Positions 35,721 through 49,480 of a stretch of 64,000 bases of DNA are shown piece by piece. The notes beneath the pieces are model-generated. The model searched no databases, was not told where the DNA came from, and saw nothing but the letters and a program-made list of their open reading frames with translations. Source of the DNA: Callorhinchus milii (taxonomy: Eukaryota); the NCBI RefSeq assembly GCF_018977255.1, contig NW_024704783.1, forward strand, positions 124,001-188,000, read 5' to 3'. Position 1 is the first letter of the stretch. Each line of letters opens with the position of its first letter. The translations under genes were made by a program, and so were the position numbers.

Positions 35721-36514
35721 GCACTTTGCTCCTATGTAAATGCGGATTTATATATATTTATATTTATATATATTTATAAATATGGAGAGCAGATTGTATT
35801 TAAAAAACACCTTCAGTCTGGCAGAGTCTCAAAATGCTGAAGTGTGCCGGTACATGACCACAATTTGTTATGAGACTGTGTAAGTGACTGTAGGCGCCAT
35901 CGAAGAGGAAGGTATTCTGTTAAGATCTGAAGAGTGGTAAGCTGGGAACACAGTGCAGGCATTGAGGCAGACAATTATGGAGTTTAGGATTGCTGGGTAT
36001 GAAACCACGGCAGCCGGTATTGGAACCAAGAGGACAACAGGCATGTGGAAGGCAAGCCAGCTGAGTGAAAGCGGGGTATACGTGTGTGGACTAAGCAGAT
36101 CGGCAAGGTAGGAAGGAGAAGGAGATGCTCAGACTTCAATTGGTTTGTGAGTAATACTGAGGACATTGGAATCGATCTTCCATGAATCAGGGCTTAAGCT
36201 GTTGGGTATGAGACATGGTCTGAGAAGAACAACGTGTCGGTGGTGAAGTCGAACGATGCTGGTCCGGTATGAGTGATGCAGAATATAGTTGGGGATCAAT
36301 CCTTCATGGAGGTTGTGCTTCTCTTTTAGGGAGCCTGAAACTATGGGACACAAATATAAGATAGAGACGATGTGATAAAAAAATAGGAAATAGAAGGAAC
36401 AGCTTCACAAAGTGATATGATGGAAATTGCTGTCTCAATCAATAATTTTATTAGATGCGCTAAAGCGGAACACACCTTAAGGTAAGGGAAAGGGAAGAAG
36501 AAGGCTAAGTGAGG

Positions 36515-36907
36515 GAGTAAAGACTCATGTTGATTATAAACGTTCTCCCGACGTGAAAGGCTCTATGCAAGTGTAATCTTAATGTTGTTGTTGTAAACAC
36601 CAGCACCGACTTGTTGATCCGATTGCCTTGTTTCCGTGCTGTATATTCTTTGTTAATTTTCTAATATTCAAATATTTCTAATATTCTAATATTCAGTCCC
36701 TAACCGCTGCCTTTGAGTCCTCTGAACTCCACTCCCTCTGGCCTTCAACCCTCACTGATCACTCTTCACCTATCACCCACTCCTCCACACTCGATACTCT
36801 TGCCCCCATCACCTCCCGTACTGCCTCCTACTCCCGCTCCTCCCCCTGGTTCACCACCCACCTCTTCTCACTGAAGAGCCAGGCGCGGGCTGCTGAACAC
36901 ACCTGCG
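36515..36907 (+). repeat. Duplicate of positions 1-394
   Basis: By-eye alignment shows 8 substitutions and one 1-bp indel in the first ~145 bp, then about 250 bp identical, ending abruptly. Confidence 0.95.
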
Positions 36908-37303
36908 GACAAAGCGAACGAAGAGATGGACAGAGTGAGAGTGAGAGGCACACATAGAAAAAGAATACAGAGAAAGAGAAAGATGCAAACAGAGAGGGCG
37001 AGATACAAAGAAAAGCAGGGACAGTGACAGATACACAGAGATAACGTTTGAGATACAGAGCGAGATACGCAAAGAGTCTGAGAAACACACACACACACAA
37101 ACACACACACATATACACACATGGACACACACAATCCCTACAGTAAAAAAACTAAATAAAACACCCAAGTGGAGAGACAGATACTCACAGTCAGAGAGAG
37201 AATGAGTTATAGAAAGCGTGAGATGAAAGCATACGTACAGAGATAGAATGAAAGCGAGAGAAGGAAGAGGAGAAAGAGAGAAAGTGATAGAGAGAGAGAG
37301 AAG

Positions 37304-37338
<35 letters not shown>

Positions 37339-38040
37339 AGCGTCAAGAAATAGGCACAGATACAGAGAGAACGTTACACAGATACACACAGACACGAAGA
37401 GGTAAAACGTCAACAAGAGTTTGCATTTAAATAACGACCTACACACGGGGTAGCTGACACAGAAAGAGAGAGATACCGAGAGCCAGATGCAGCGATACAG
37501 AGACAGAGAGAGATGGAGAGAAAGGGAGACACATACATGTAGAGACACATATATATAAAGAGAGATATGGAGACAAACAGGTAGAGGAAATGTGAAAGAT
37601 AAAGGAATAAACATAGAGTGAGACAGACCAACAGACAGACAGATCCAGAGACACACAAAGATAGACAGAGACAGATTCCGACACACACTCACTGACACAC
37701 AGCGATATAGAGAGGAAGANNNNNNNNNNNNNNNNNNNNNNNNNNNNNNNNNNNNNNNNNNNNNNNNNNNNNNNNNNNNNNNNNNNNNNNNNNNNNNNNN
37801 NNNNNNNNNNNNNNNNNNNNNNNNNNNNNNNNNNNNNNNNNNNNNNNNNNNNNNNNNNNNNNNNAAAACCATGCAGATAGCGAGAGAGAGACTCAGACCG
37901 AGAGAGCGAGAGAGACAGACTGATAGAAAGAGATAGGAAGAGAGAGATGAGAGAAAGACAGAGAGAGAGAGCGAGAGAGAGAGAGAACGAGTAAGAGATA
38001 CATATACAGAGACACGTGAGAACAAAAAGACCTACGGAAA
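36908..38040. repeat. AG/GACA-rich low-complexity tract with N-gap (37720-37864)
   Basis: Imperfect (AG)n/(GACA)n. Paralogous to 60.9-62.0 kb, including the unique right flank. Confidence 0.9.
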
Positions 38041-38505
38041 CAAATACCTCGTCACACACTATTGAATTTTTGAAAATTTATATGAATTTGAACATTGCCC
38101 ATTGATATGTATCTCAAATATATAAAAGTAATTAACGCAGTTACAAAATTAAAAACATAGGATCTCTATACTATTATCGTGAGAATTGACACTGTGTATC
38201 AATTGAGGTCAGGTCTGATATGCTGCCTTGTGTGAAAGGAGCTGCACTTTAGCGCTGAATATAAACCACCTGTGCGGGGTACGTTGCAATCTTGCACTGG
38301 ATGTAAAATCTTACACGCTACCCTGTGTGAGCGACATGATACAAATGCCATTTGTTTTTCATTGTCAGCTTCCATTGTGGGGTAAATTTCCGGACATGAG
38401 ATTAACTCCATAACTCTCTGATTCAGATGGGAGTGAACTGAACAACTAAGTCGGCTGAAATTTTACTGCACGTGAAATTAAATTATGACTTGGTCAACCA
38501 CTTGC

Positions 38506-38575
38506 CAGGAACTCCAAGAGCAGCGAGAATCGGGTAGTAAATGTCTTCTATCAAAAAGATTACTGGATACGTCAT
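38506..38575 (-). pseudogene. Orphan 70-nt first exon of a GPR139-like gene
   Basis: ATG..MTYPVIFLIEDIYYPILAALGVP+G, the same length and phase as G2 and G3 exon 1, with a GC-type donor GCAAGT. No adjacent exon 2. Confidence 0.85.
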
Positions 38576-38854
38576 CTTCCCAGAGAAAGTACGGATTCCT
38601 CTTCTGCTTACAGACAGTAGCTCGTCCAAAAACTCTGAAGAGAATCAAATAGAGTCCTATTTAAAGCAAAGTGGAATGCTTGGTTGTACAAATACCATGT
38701 GTAAATGCAAATAGCTGTTAAAGTATTTAAATTACCTGAGAGATCTATTTATGTCCCCACATACATATGGAATTCTCCTGTCTGGAAAAGAAGGCACACG
38801 ATCTCAATGGGGACAAGCACACTGATAAACTAATTGGTGACAGCATGGGCAGAA

Positions 38855-39300
38855 CAACAACAACAACAGGATTCCATTTATAAAGCGCCTTTCACGTCAG
38901 GCGGACGTCCCAAGGCGCTGTACAGTTCGGTCATGACCCGAGCATTGGGGGAAAATGGTCAGGGTGAGGGGAGGGAAGGGAGGGAGTGAGGAGGAAGAGA
39001 GTCGAGATGGGAGCTGAAGGCTGGAGGTCAAAGAGAAAGGTTTTGAGACCGGCCTTGAAAGAGGAAAGGGAGGAAGCGACGAAGGCACTGGGGGATGGAG
39101 TTCCAGAGCCTGGGGGCTGAGAGGATGAAGGCCCGACCACCGATGGTACGGCGGTTGGGGCGGGGGACATGGAGCAGACCGGAGCAAGAGGAACGGAGGG
39201 TACGGGCAGGTAGGTAGGGGGATAGTAGGTTGGAGAGTTAGGAGGGAGCGAGGACGTGAATGGCCTTGTAGGTGAGGATGAGGATCTTGAAATCAATCCC
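38855..39300 (-). mobile_element. L2 LINE 3' end
   Basis: Reverse complement of the IDFKILILTYK..LWNS region with a (CAA)n tail. Confidence 0.9.
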
Positions 39301-39554
39301 AGTGTGGCTGCTGACGTTACTGTTAAATTTTAACCAGCGAAAAGTGAAATACTTGCCAGAGTAAATTATACTACATATATTTCAAAAGTGACTTCCTTAC
39401 GTTACGTACACCTGGTTATGAATTGCTCTATCAGCTGCGAAGGTATCAGCCTGACTCAGTGGCAACACTCTCTCCTCTGAGTCAGATGACTGTGGGACAA
39501 TATATTCCTGGGGATGCATGGCGTTGTCGGAGGTGACGACCTTTAATAAAAATA

Positions 39555-39840
39555 AAATAAAATAATCCTTGCATTTGATATAGCGCTTTTCACGTCGGGA
39601 GGGCGTCCCAAAGCGCTTCACAGAATATATTGTAAAGTGAATTGACTGAATATTTGTGGGCGAACGCGGCAGCCAATTGCGCACAGCAATGTCCCACAGA
39701 CAGTCGTGGATTGAAAATGATCGATTTATTATTGGTTTTCGTTTTCGAGGGATTATTATTAGGCTCTGTGTGGAGTAAGGAAACTTGCTCAAGGTTTCAC
39801 CCTCTGCCTGGAATTGAACTCAGGTCTCTCGCTTTGAATG
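39555..39840 (-). mobile_element. tRNA-derived SINE
   Basis: Family core and tail. Confidence 0.85.
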
Positions 39841-41399
39841 AGATGCTAAACTGGGGTGGCAGCTGGCTGTTGAGCTGGATGTTAAAATATCCCATGGCAA
39901 TATCCATACAAATGCAGGGATATTCTCCCAGTGTCGTGGCCTTCAAACCCACAGATACAATTAATCCCTCACTTCTTGAAATTTTCTCGGGGATTTGCTT
40001 TGTGCAATCGGTATGCAGGATTTTAAATCTACAGAAACACTATTTCAGCGATTGACTAAACCTGTGCAACAGTTTCCATCGGGAGACGGTTGAACCACTG
40101 CATACTGATTTGTTCAAAAACAGATTAGACAGTTCTCTTTTAGGAAATACCATGATGCAACACAGCACACAGGCAGTTCGGGGCCTATGTGCTTGCGATT
40201 GCCAGGTAGATGGAAGGCGAAGTAAATGTCCTTGCTCTCGCGTTTAGTATGTTCTGATGTTTCATCCAATAGTAATGTGTTACATTGTACAGGTTATACT
40301 GTGAGATTCGGTGACTTCGAAGACCTGATGAGGAATTATATCAATAGGAATGGTTACTCATTTTACATTACTATTATTCAAATTCCTTATTGAAATATTT
40401 GTATCTGGATGTAACCTTGTATAACTATTACCGATTCCTACGGCCTCCACGCTCGCCTTTCTTGCGATTAAATGTTTATCCTCTGCATGTAGATCCATTA
40501 CATGTTCCTTTACACGACATGCAGCGCAACAACAGCAACAACTTGTAATTACACAGTGTCCATCACGTATGTTACTGTTGCAAGCAATTTGCGGTTGCAG
40601 AGAAAGAGGTCGTGACTCTGGCCACGGACACAGAAAGTTCAGGTCTGATCTGAAGTCAAGCAAACAGTGACAAGGAGGAAGCCTCCTCGAGGGCAACACA
40701 TTTGCTATGAAATTCAAGAAACTAATGAAACCATCTTCCTTCGCTCAGCGGCACACATCCCTTCCCACAGAGCGATCATTCCAATAGTTGTAGGTGCAGA
40801 GTTGAGCATCAATGGTTAGGTCTTAGAAAACCAATTAAAGTGTATTCCTCAATACACAAACATTGATTCATATCACGGTTCCTAGTAATACTTTCCAGCT
40901 GCTATCTGCAGGGCAGCGTTGTTCAGAGTGGTGGGATCACATTTACCGGATCTCTTGTGATCTGCCTGCCATCTTGTTATACTTAAGGTCTATGTTCTAT
41001 GCCACATACCATGTATCCATGTTTCTATGGGTTTCCCGAGTGAAAAGGACTCCACATACAAGATAACTATCCACTCTTTGAAATATTGTTCGTCTAGGTC
41101 ACCTTATGGTTATCTACCCACCCCACCCCCAGCAACTCCACCGCCGCCCCCGCCCCCACCCGTAGTCAGTCTCCGGCATGGTTAAGCCCTCTGATTCGCT
41201 ACCCTGCGTGTTGAGCGTTAAGCAATTGCTATGTGTTGTATCTATTATTTCAAGGAGAAAGTTAAAATTTGGAACTTTGTAGGTCAATAATGTGATATAT
41301 CTATACAAGCAAACTTAATATTACATGCGGTAAATACATTCCTACTGCAACGTATTCGATCGCAATGTAATGTTTCAAGATAAAAGAAGACTGCAACTA

Positions 41400-41600
41400 T
41401 CTGAAGCAGGCTGACACCCAATCCTGAGGCAGGTTGATACCAAACGACTGATCCATGCTGACATATAGCGACTGAGCCAGGATAGTATGGCTCTATCGTA
41501 CGGGATCGTATGGGTAACGCTGACACACACACAGTGACTGCGCTAGGTTGGCATACAGACTGGAAATGAATACTAACCAGGCAATAGTGACACTCAAGGA
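41400..41600. repeat. Degenerate 23-bp minisatellite (copy 1)
   Basis: CTGA(G/A)GCAGGCTGACAC-type units, related to 46.1-46.5 kb. Confidence 0.6.
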
Positions 41601-41869
41601 AACTCCAAAAATCAAGGAAGATGTGGATGGCTTAATCTTAGAAATAGACCAACAACAACATTTCAAGATACTACCATGGACAAACTACCTGGATGCGAAC
41701 TGAATGTTTATCTGTCCTATCTGTATTTTTCACCGATCTGTCAATTTGCGATGTTGACGGTTAATATATTTTCCATTTTCTATTAATTCTATCCTCAGAT
41801 TAATTAAATTATTGTGCGCGTGGCACACGTAGTTCAGAGCTGGAGTATATGAAGGCATTGCATGATAAT

Positions 41870-42185
41870 AATGTTAATAATAATAATCCTTGCATTTGAT
41901 ATAGCGCTTTTCACGGCGGGAGGACGTCCCAAAGTGCTTCACAGAACACACTTTAAAGTGAATTGCCTGCATATTTTTGACGAACGCGGAGCCAATTGCG
42001 CACAGCAGTGTCCCACAAAAAGTCATGGATTGAAAATGACCGATTTATTATTGATTTTTTCTTGAGGAATTTTTATTAGGCGTGTGGAGTAAGGAAACTT
42101 GCCAAAGGTTTCGCCCTGCCTGGAATTGAATTCAGTTCTCTCGCTTGCAAAACCAGTGCTCTATGCACTGAGCTACAGCGCTCCA
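41870..42185 (-). mobile_element. Full-length tRNA-derived SINE
   Basis: Family head, core and tail. Confidence 0.9.
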
Positions 42186-42774
42186 ACGATCTCAAGAGAA
42201 CGGTCTCAACTTGCCCATTTGAAGCTGCAGAAGCTGGTGCTCAGCCAGAAATGATGTCCCACAACTAACTGTGGAGAAAATCAGTGTGTGTTCTATAACT
42301 TGAAATGGAAAAGTAGATAATAATATAATAATCCTAGCATTTGAAAATCGCCTTATCGAGTCGTATAGACGTATCACAAGGCTTTTCCGGAATTATGGTA
42401 AAGTACATATCCTGCATATTTTGCGTGCGAAACGCAACTGCCAATTGCACAAAGCAGTAACACATAAAGAGTCGTAGATTGAGTGGCCATAATTTTCGTT
42501 TTGGCAGGGAATTTTAACCTCGCAAATCAATCCACCAATCGCCTAACAAGCAGGATCTCACATACTGCCATGTGAACAAAGGTTGAGGAGCATGCAAAAG
42601 TGGTTAACGTTTTACGCTGCCCTGGTGTCAAACCCAGGTATTCGCGCTGGCGGGGAAAATGCTCTAAATACAAAGTGACAGGAAATATATGTGGCTTCCC
42701 CATGCAAGTGGAGGTTGACACCATGTCTGTAGATGATGATACCATGTGAAAGCATGTAAGTGGAGAAGGAAGGA

Positions 42775-43035
42775 GAACAAATAATAATAATAATAATCCT
42801 TGCATTTGATATAGCGCTTTTCACGTCGGGAGGACGTCCCAAAGCGCTTCACAGAATATACTGTAAAGTGAATTGACTGTATATTTGTGGGCGAACGCGG
42901 CAGCCAATTGCGCACAGCAATGTCCCACAAACAGTCGTAGATTGAAAATGACCAATTTATTATTGTTTTTTGTTTTGGAGGGATTATTATTAGGCGTGTG
43001 GAGTAAGGAAACTTGCCCAAGGTTTCGCCCCTGAC
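42775..43035 (-). mobile_element. tRNA-derived SINE, 5'-truncated, close to family consensus
   Basis: Family core and (ATT)n tail. Confidence 0.9.
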
Positions 43036-43849
43036 GTACACCAGAGATGACTGAGCAAGAGTAGTAGGAGAATATGTTTGAACAGATGAGGTGGAGATGG
43101 TGTGTCATGGACGAGGATGACGAAAGAGTTCCGATCAAAGAGGAAGGAACGCTTCCGTGACAAAAGCCTCAAGCATTCCAACTTATGGACATAATTCGGA
43201 CAAGAAATTTATTTTGCAAATGAGAGAAGTTGAATGAGTTTTGTTCTTACATGGCTTTCAGTTCTCGAGTCACAAGTGTCTGCACCACCAATGTTGAATA
43301 AATAGCGACCAGTTGATTGTTTTCTTTGCTGCTTTGATCGCTGTAATTTATATCAGCTATCGGAATTCCCTCATTAATCAATCTGATTCATAGCTTCCCA
43401 TGTCAGCATGGTGACTCATTGCCTTACAGAATGTTGTCAAATGTGTTGATATGTTTGGCCACGCCAACCTAGATGAACGCCTCGCCAAAGAGTGCATAAT
43501 ATCTGCAGAACATTACTCTGCACTGATATGAAATCTCAGATTATTGTTGCACAACATTCAAGAATTCCAAAGAGTGTTAATCGACTCAAATCAACTAAAC
43601 CATCATCAAATGAAATACAAGAAAAATTTAATCTCAAAAAACTATCCGACAGATGCTATTATAATGTGTTAGGAATTCTATAATGAACTTAGATTTACAC
43701 AATCATAATTGATATTGCAAAGGTGAAATTGCTTTTATTTCAGCTCAAATCCCACGGTAAAAATTTAATGACGTCATATAATATTGTACCAACAACCAAA
43801 TATTATGCATTTATTCCTACCCCTTTCCTACCCCTCAACATACTCCCAG

Positions 43850-44800
43850 CTCCTGCTCCTCGCCCCCTACTCACAGACTTCATAAATCTCTCCATGTTAA
43901 CGAGCACCGTTCGCACAAGTTTTAAAATGGCCGTCATAACTCCCACCGTTAAATCATCCTTCCTGGACTCATCTGTACTCTCAAACTACGGCCCCAACTT
44001 CAACTTTCCTTTGCTATCCAAGATCTGGAACGAGTTGTTAGTTCCCAGCTTCACTCCTCTGTCTTGCTCCAATCCTTCACGAACCCCTCCAATCGGGTTT
44101 CTGTGCCGCCGCAACAGAAATAATTTTGGTCAAAATGCCAACTTACTTATTGTTCATCTTCGACCAGGGCTCCCTCTGTCGCCTTGTCTGCATTCACCTC
44201 TCTGCTGCCGTTGATACCATTGATCATTCCATCCTACTCCACCGCCCCTGCACTTACCTCAAACTTGATGGCTCTTTCCTTAAATGGTTCTGTTCCTACC
44301 ATTCATTCCTTCTCCACTTCATCTCCACAAAGGCCTTCTGCTTTGACCACCGCAACGTCTCGAGCTCCGACCGGTTTTATAACATACACATATTTAATTT
44401 TTTGTCAGTCAGTTATCGTTCAGTGAATCAGCTGGAATCTTCCTCAGTTGAACCGCAACAGTACAGGGCCTCACCTCTTTGGTTCCCATAAGCGCCTCAG
44501 GAATCGACTATGTCAAACTGCTTGGAGGTTCAATGCACATGACAAAGATTATGCTGAACTTCGGACACTTGCTTGATTCCCAAATGTCATTGGAACGCCA
44601 GATCAAAAAGTTGACCTGTTCAGCTTTCTGTCATAAAATGTCCCAGTCCATTATTAACTCTGCATCTGAGCCACTAGGCACACAACCCATCCCTTTATCT
44701 TGTTGGCATTGAATTCACCACTGTTCTGACAGTGGGTTTCTCCAATTTTACTTTGCATAAAGTTTAGATTATCCAGACCCCTGTAGCCCATGCACTGGAG
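43850..44800 (+). mobile_element. Old L2 RT fragment
   Basis: FKMAVITPTVK..LDSSVLSNYGPNFNFP and DQGSLCRLVCIHLSAAVDTIDHSILL. Confidence 0.75.
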
Positions 44801-46126
44801 GCTGGTTTTAAGAGTTTTCTAAATATAAATTCTTCTGGTTAAGGCGATGATAAATCTCTTCTTTGAGATGTTTCTATGTTCATATGTTCCTATGCCATAT
44901 AAACCATTTTCGTAGGCGCCGTACTTTGAATGAGACCTTAAACTGAGCTTTCGCCTTCAGTTGGATGTTAAAAAATCAATTGACACTATTCAAAATGTGC
45001 AAGGTGCTTCTCTGGGTGTCCTGGCCAACAACTCCCCATGTACAATAATTACTCACTTCATGATTTTCTCGGATATTGCTGTGCGCAAACGGTTGTGTTT
45101 CGAATCTACAGAAACATCATTTCAGTGATCAAACAGTAAATATATGGAACAGGTTCCCGAGGGAGACGGTTGAAGCACTCAGTGTTGATTTGTTCAAAAA
45201 CAGACTGGAAAGTTTGTTTTATAATGTAACATTTGGGAATCAAATACTTAGGTAGTTCTGGGCATATGTGCTTGCGAACGCCAGGAATGTGGAAGGCGAA
45301 CTAAATGGACCTCGATCACTTTCATCGAATATTTCTTATGTTCTTATGTTTTAATCACAAATACACAGAAATTCCACTTTGCAGTTTACACTCTGAGTTC
45401 CTGTGACGTTGAAGACTTGATGTAGAACTGCATCAAATGCAACGGTTACTATTACATTACTATTATTATATCGCATCATTTGTTCAGACTTTTGTGGTTG
45501 AAAGTAACGTTACAGAGCTATTTTTGATTCCTACGGTTTCCAGCGTCGCTTTTCTCACCTTTGAATGTTTTATTCACTGTCTGTAGATTTATAGATTACA
45601 GATTTATAGATTATCACAAAAAAGGCAAGGCAACAATTCTCAGCATGTCTGCCGTTAAATCTGATAAGTTTATGATTTACAACATTCAATTGGGACTTCA
45701 TTGAGTGGAACAAAACTGCAACAACTTGCATTGATATTGCGCTTAACAGAGCGCTCCAACATAGCCATAGATGCTTATACCCATTGCACGGCGCCGATAA
45801 CTGATTATACAATTGCAAACCACAGAGCGCATTTTCAAGTCAAAATATTAAACATTTTAATGTTCATTATAATGTCTCGTGACTCTACGTTTGCCGACGA
45901 ACATGGACAAAGTCATGGTAAGCTACATTATCGCCTGCCCTTTGCCTGATGAAATCAAGCATACCTCAATCCAGGACAAATTTTAAACTGGTATCTTTGG
46001 AAGGTTGGAATATCAGGCAATATTTCAACACAAACCCGCTGTGTATTACAAGTGGCAATGTTTTCCTTAAGCAACATGTTGAATTCAAACTTTCAACGTA
46101 AAGAGGGAAGACTGCTCCCATTTAAG

Positions 46127-46527
46127 CGAGGCTGACACTCAGACGTAGTCAGATAAACATCCAGACCTGAGCCAGGCTAACACACAGAGCAGAGCCAGCG
46201 TGTCTACCAGAATTGAACCAGGCGGGTACCGAAAGCTGAGCCAAGCTGACACCGGAACTCAGCTCGGTTGATACACAGGGAGAGACCCAAGCTGAATTAA
46301 AGTGAATGAGTCCGGCTGACACTCAGACCTGAGCCAGACGGTCAACCCAACTTAAGCTAGGCTAACTCCCCGGTGTGAATCCAGACTGACATTAAGACCT
46401 GACCGAAGCTGTTATCCAGATCTGAGCCAGCCTAACACCTATACCTGAGTGAAGCTTAGTCATGAGACAGGCTAACATCCAGACTTGTGCTAGGTTAACA
46501 TCGAGTCACTGAGCCAGGCTGACATCT
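46127..46527. repeat. Degenerate 23-bp minisatellite (copy 2)
   Basis: Consensus about CCAGACCTGAGCCAGGCTRACAC, roughly 17 units. Confidence 0.8.
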
Positions 46528-48799
46528 AGAACGGAAAGGAATACTTACCTTTATAGAGTAACATTCCAGTGAAAGTATCAAGGAATTTCAAAAATCAAAA
46601 GAGGCATGGGTCGTACTTCAGAACAGAACAGAATCAACAGGAACCCGATTTACTATTAAAAAGAGAATTTGTCATTGCGACATTCATGCTTCTCTGTCCT
46701 TTCTGTGTTTGTAGCCGACGTGTTTGTAAGCTGTTATGGTTTCTATTTTCTATTCATTTATTATTTATTATTCATTTTTATTTTTGACTAGCACAAAACA
46801 TCTCAATGAGCTTCACATTGATGGGGTTGAACACTGAGCATCGGGGAAATGAAGGTGACCATACGCATTGTCGAAATGGTAAGTTTTCAGATGGGAATTA
46901 AATATTGCTAGAGACGGGAAAAAGTGGCGAATACAGACATTGAGATCCAGAGATTGATAATGAATGAAGACTTGGTCATTGATGATGTTAGAGAGTGTGC
47001 CGGTGACGGACAACAGGACCGGGTTTATCTGAGGCGACGTAATTGGCACCGATGTACAATATTGGCTGATTAGAGAGAGAGCGAGTTCCTACAGTGTGAA
47101 AGAATATAGATGTGAGGGTAAGCATTTTGATGTCAATTCGTTCTGAGTCAAGTCCCCAATGGAACCCGGAAAGGGTGATTTATGAGTGGGTGAATTTTAT
47201 TAGAAGTGAAGATATGGCCGGTGGGATTTTTAAAATTAAATAGACCGTGTGGAACGTGGAACTGACTGAGAGCACTACGAATGAGTGTGCAAGTGGTTTC
47301 AAGGAATGAAGTGATTTTCATTGGTTAAGATTTTCGAGTAAATTTGGTGAGAATTAGGGTACAAGCAAACAGCAACAGATTACATTTGTAAAGCGCCTTT
47401 GATGCTGGGAGAACGACACAAGTTGCTGGAAAGTCAGAGATTTGAAACCGAGGAGGCGGTAGCGAACTGGAGGGCTGCAGGGCACAGAGGGTGGCCGAAT
47501 ATGCTGCCGAAGAGAAATGTCTCTAGATGTGCTTTGAAGGAGGCCCGGGAGGCAGAATGATGAAGGGACTTTCATGGCAGAGGTGAATCGGCCGAATATC
47601 AGCAAATCGATGCCTTCTGTTTGTCTCATGTCAGCGCCTCCATACATCGAGTCCTGACAGCATCACCCTTCTTGGATTTACTCGTTCTACAATTCTTGTG
47701 GCCGATATGGAACCGCGTAGACCCGCTTGACCCTCAAACGTGCTTCAGCACCCACATCCGCGCCATGACCCGATCCTGCTTTCCACCCCTCCGCAAAGTT
47801 GCACCGCTACACCACTATCTCGCAGCGAGACCCCCGAGACCCTCATCAACGTGTTCAGTACATCCAGGCTGAACTGTACAAATTCCCTCCGTCCTCAAAA
47901 TGCTGCAGAACATTCAGAACTCTGCATCCCGTCGCTCTCCCGCACCAGGCTCCATACCTTGAGTCCTGAAACCATCTCCCTTTTTGGATGCACTCACTCT
48001 ACGCTTCACGAGGCCCATATGGAACCTCGTCGTCCTGTTCGCCTCTCAACCGTACTTCATCCGTGCCATGACACGATCCTCCTTTACCTTGCGTTTCGAG
48101 TAGCGACATATCACGTCTTGGAGACGTCTGAAAGCGCTTAACAGAATATACTGTAAAGTGGATTGACTCTATATTTTGTGGGCGAAACTCAGCAGCCAAT
48201 TGCACACAGCCGTGTCCAGCAAATACCTGTGGATTGAGTGACCGATATATTATTATTATTTTTTGGTAAGAATTGTTTTCCCAAGAAAAGAAATACGCCA
48301 ATCGATAAAGAGGTGAAGCGGGATCCAACTTACTGTTAGGTAAGCAGAGGCGTGTGGCGCAGGAAAACTTGCAAATGTTTCACCTTGCCGAAATCTAACT
48401 TGTTTCTCTCGCCTGTGAGACGTGTGCTCAAATCAATGATTCACGTGATTCCACGAAGAGACTGCTGGAAATTGGAAACGGTTAAAAAATGGCATCATCG
48501 CAGATTTAAGTTTAGGAAATGGCGATAAATATGGTGAGAGAATGTCGAAGTTGATGCAATGCTACAGGAGACTTAAGGGCATGATACCAAGAATCTGGGT
48601 ATTGGAGGAAATAACATTGTTGAATGAAAAATTATGATTTATATCCTGACTCATGGTCAACAGACACAAACCTATTGGCCTTCTATTGGCTCGATTCCAC
48701 ATCATCCGGGAGGTAAGGACAGCCTGAGGCTCCTCTTCGCCAGAACCAACCATCTCCATCACCCAAGGTCCGTTGACTTATACACCGTCTCATCCAATT

Positions 48800-49480
48800 A
48801 CAAATGCAAAACTGTGATTGATATTCTCGTGTCCAACATGCAGATAATCCAGTCTGTTGCCAACACTATCCCCTTCCCCTCACAGTCTGCACCGAATTCT
48901 GCTTATTTACCTTCAGCCCGCCTCTGCTTATCTCTCTAGTTACTAGTCTCTCAAATGAAACTCGGCATGTGCTCTCTCAACATCATTTTATCTCCTGGAT
49001 TATACTCCTTCCGCGCACCAAATTCAGCTCCACGTTTACCCCAGTCCTTGCCACATTGCACTGGCTCTCTCTCCCAGAGCTGATCGATTTAAAGATCCTC
49101 ACGACTCTCATCAAATACCTCCCCTCCTCTGCGCATACATACCACTCTGACCTCGTCTCTCCTCAAAACTGTGCCCGTTGCATTCTTTCCTCCGGGTCTC
49201 GCCTCCTCCTTGTCGGCAGAGTCCTCCGTTCCACCTTCGGCGGCCGTGCCTTCAGCAACTTTGCTCCGAGAATCTGTAAGTCTCTTCCTAACTCCCTTAG
49301 CCTCGCCCCCTCTCTTCCTATTTTCAGGTCTCTGCTGAAGACTTTTATTTTCGACGGCGCCTTTGGTCACCTTCCTACCCCGTCCCGTAGCTTGGCCCCG
49401 GGATCCGTTAGAGTGAAAGGCTCTCAGACGCCGACTGCCTTGGAGAGCGCTATGTAAATCCAAGTTGTTGTTGTTGTTAG
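48800..49480 (+). mobile_element. L2 LINE 3' fragment
   Basis: TPVLATLHWLSLPELIDLKILT...FGGRAFSNFAPRI, with a (TTG)n tail. Confidence 0.85.

Noticed and set aside
37207-38059. Long ORFs (200-270 aa) here and at 61065-61936, 5549-5974 and 36828-37168
   Set aside because: They are translations of (AG)n, (CA)n or (GT)n low-complexity tracts (S/L/C/V or R/E/T rich), some spanning N-gaps, with no protein signal.
46540-46610. Strong minus-strand donor AAG|GTAAGTA
   Set aside because: The upstream sequence has stops in the plausible frame and no similarity to GPCR exon 1 or a V leader.
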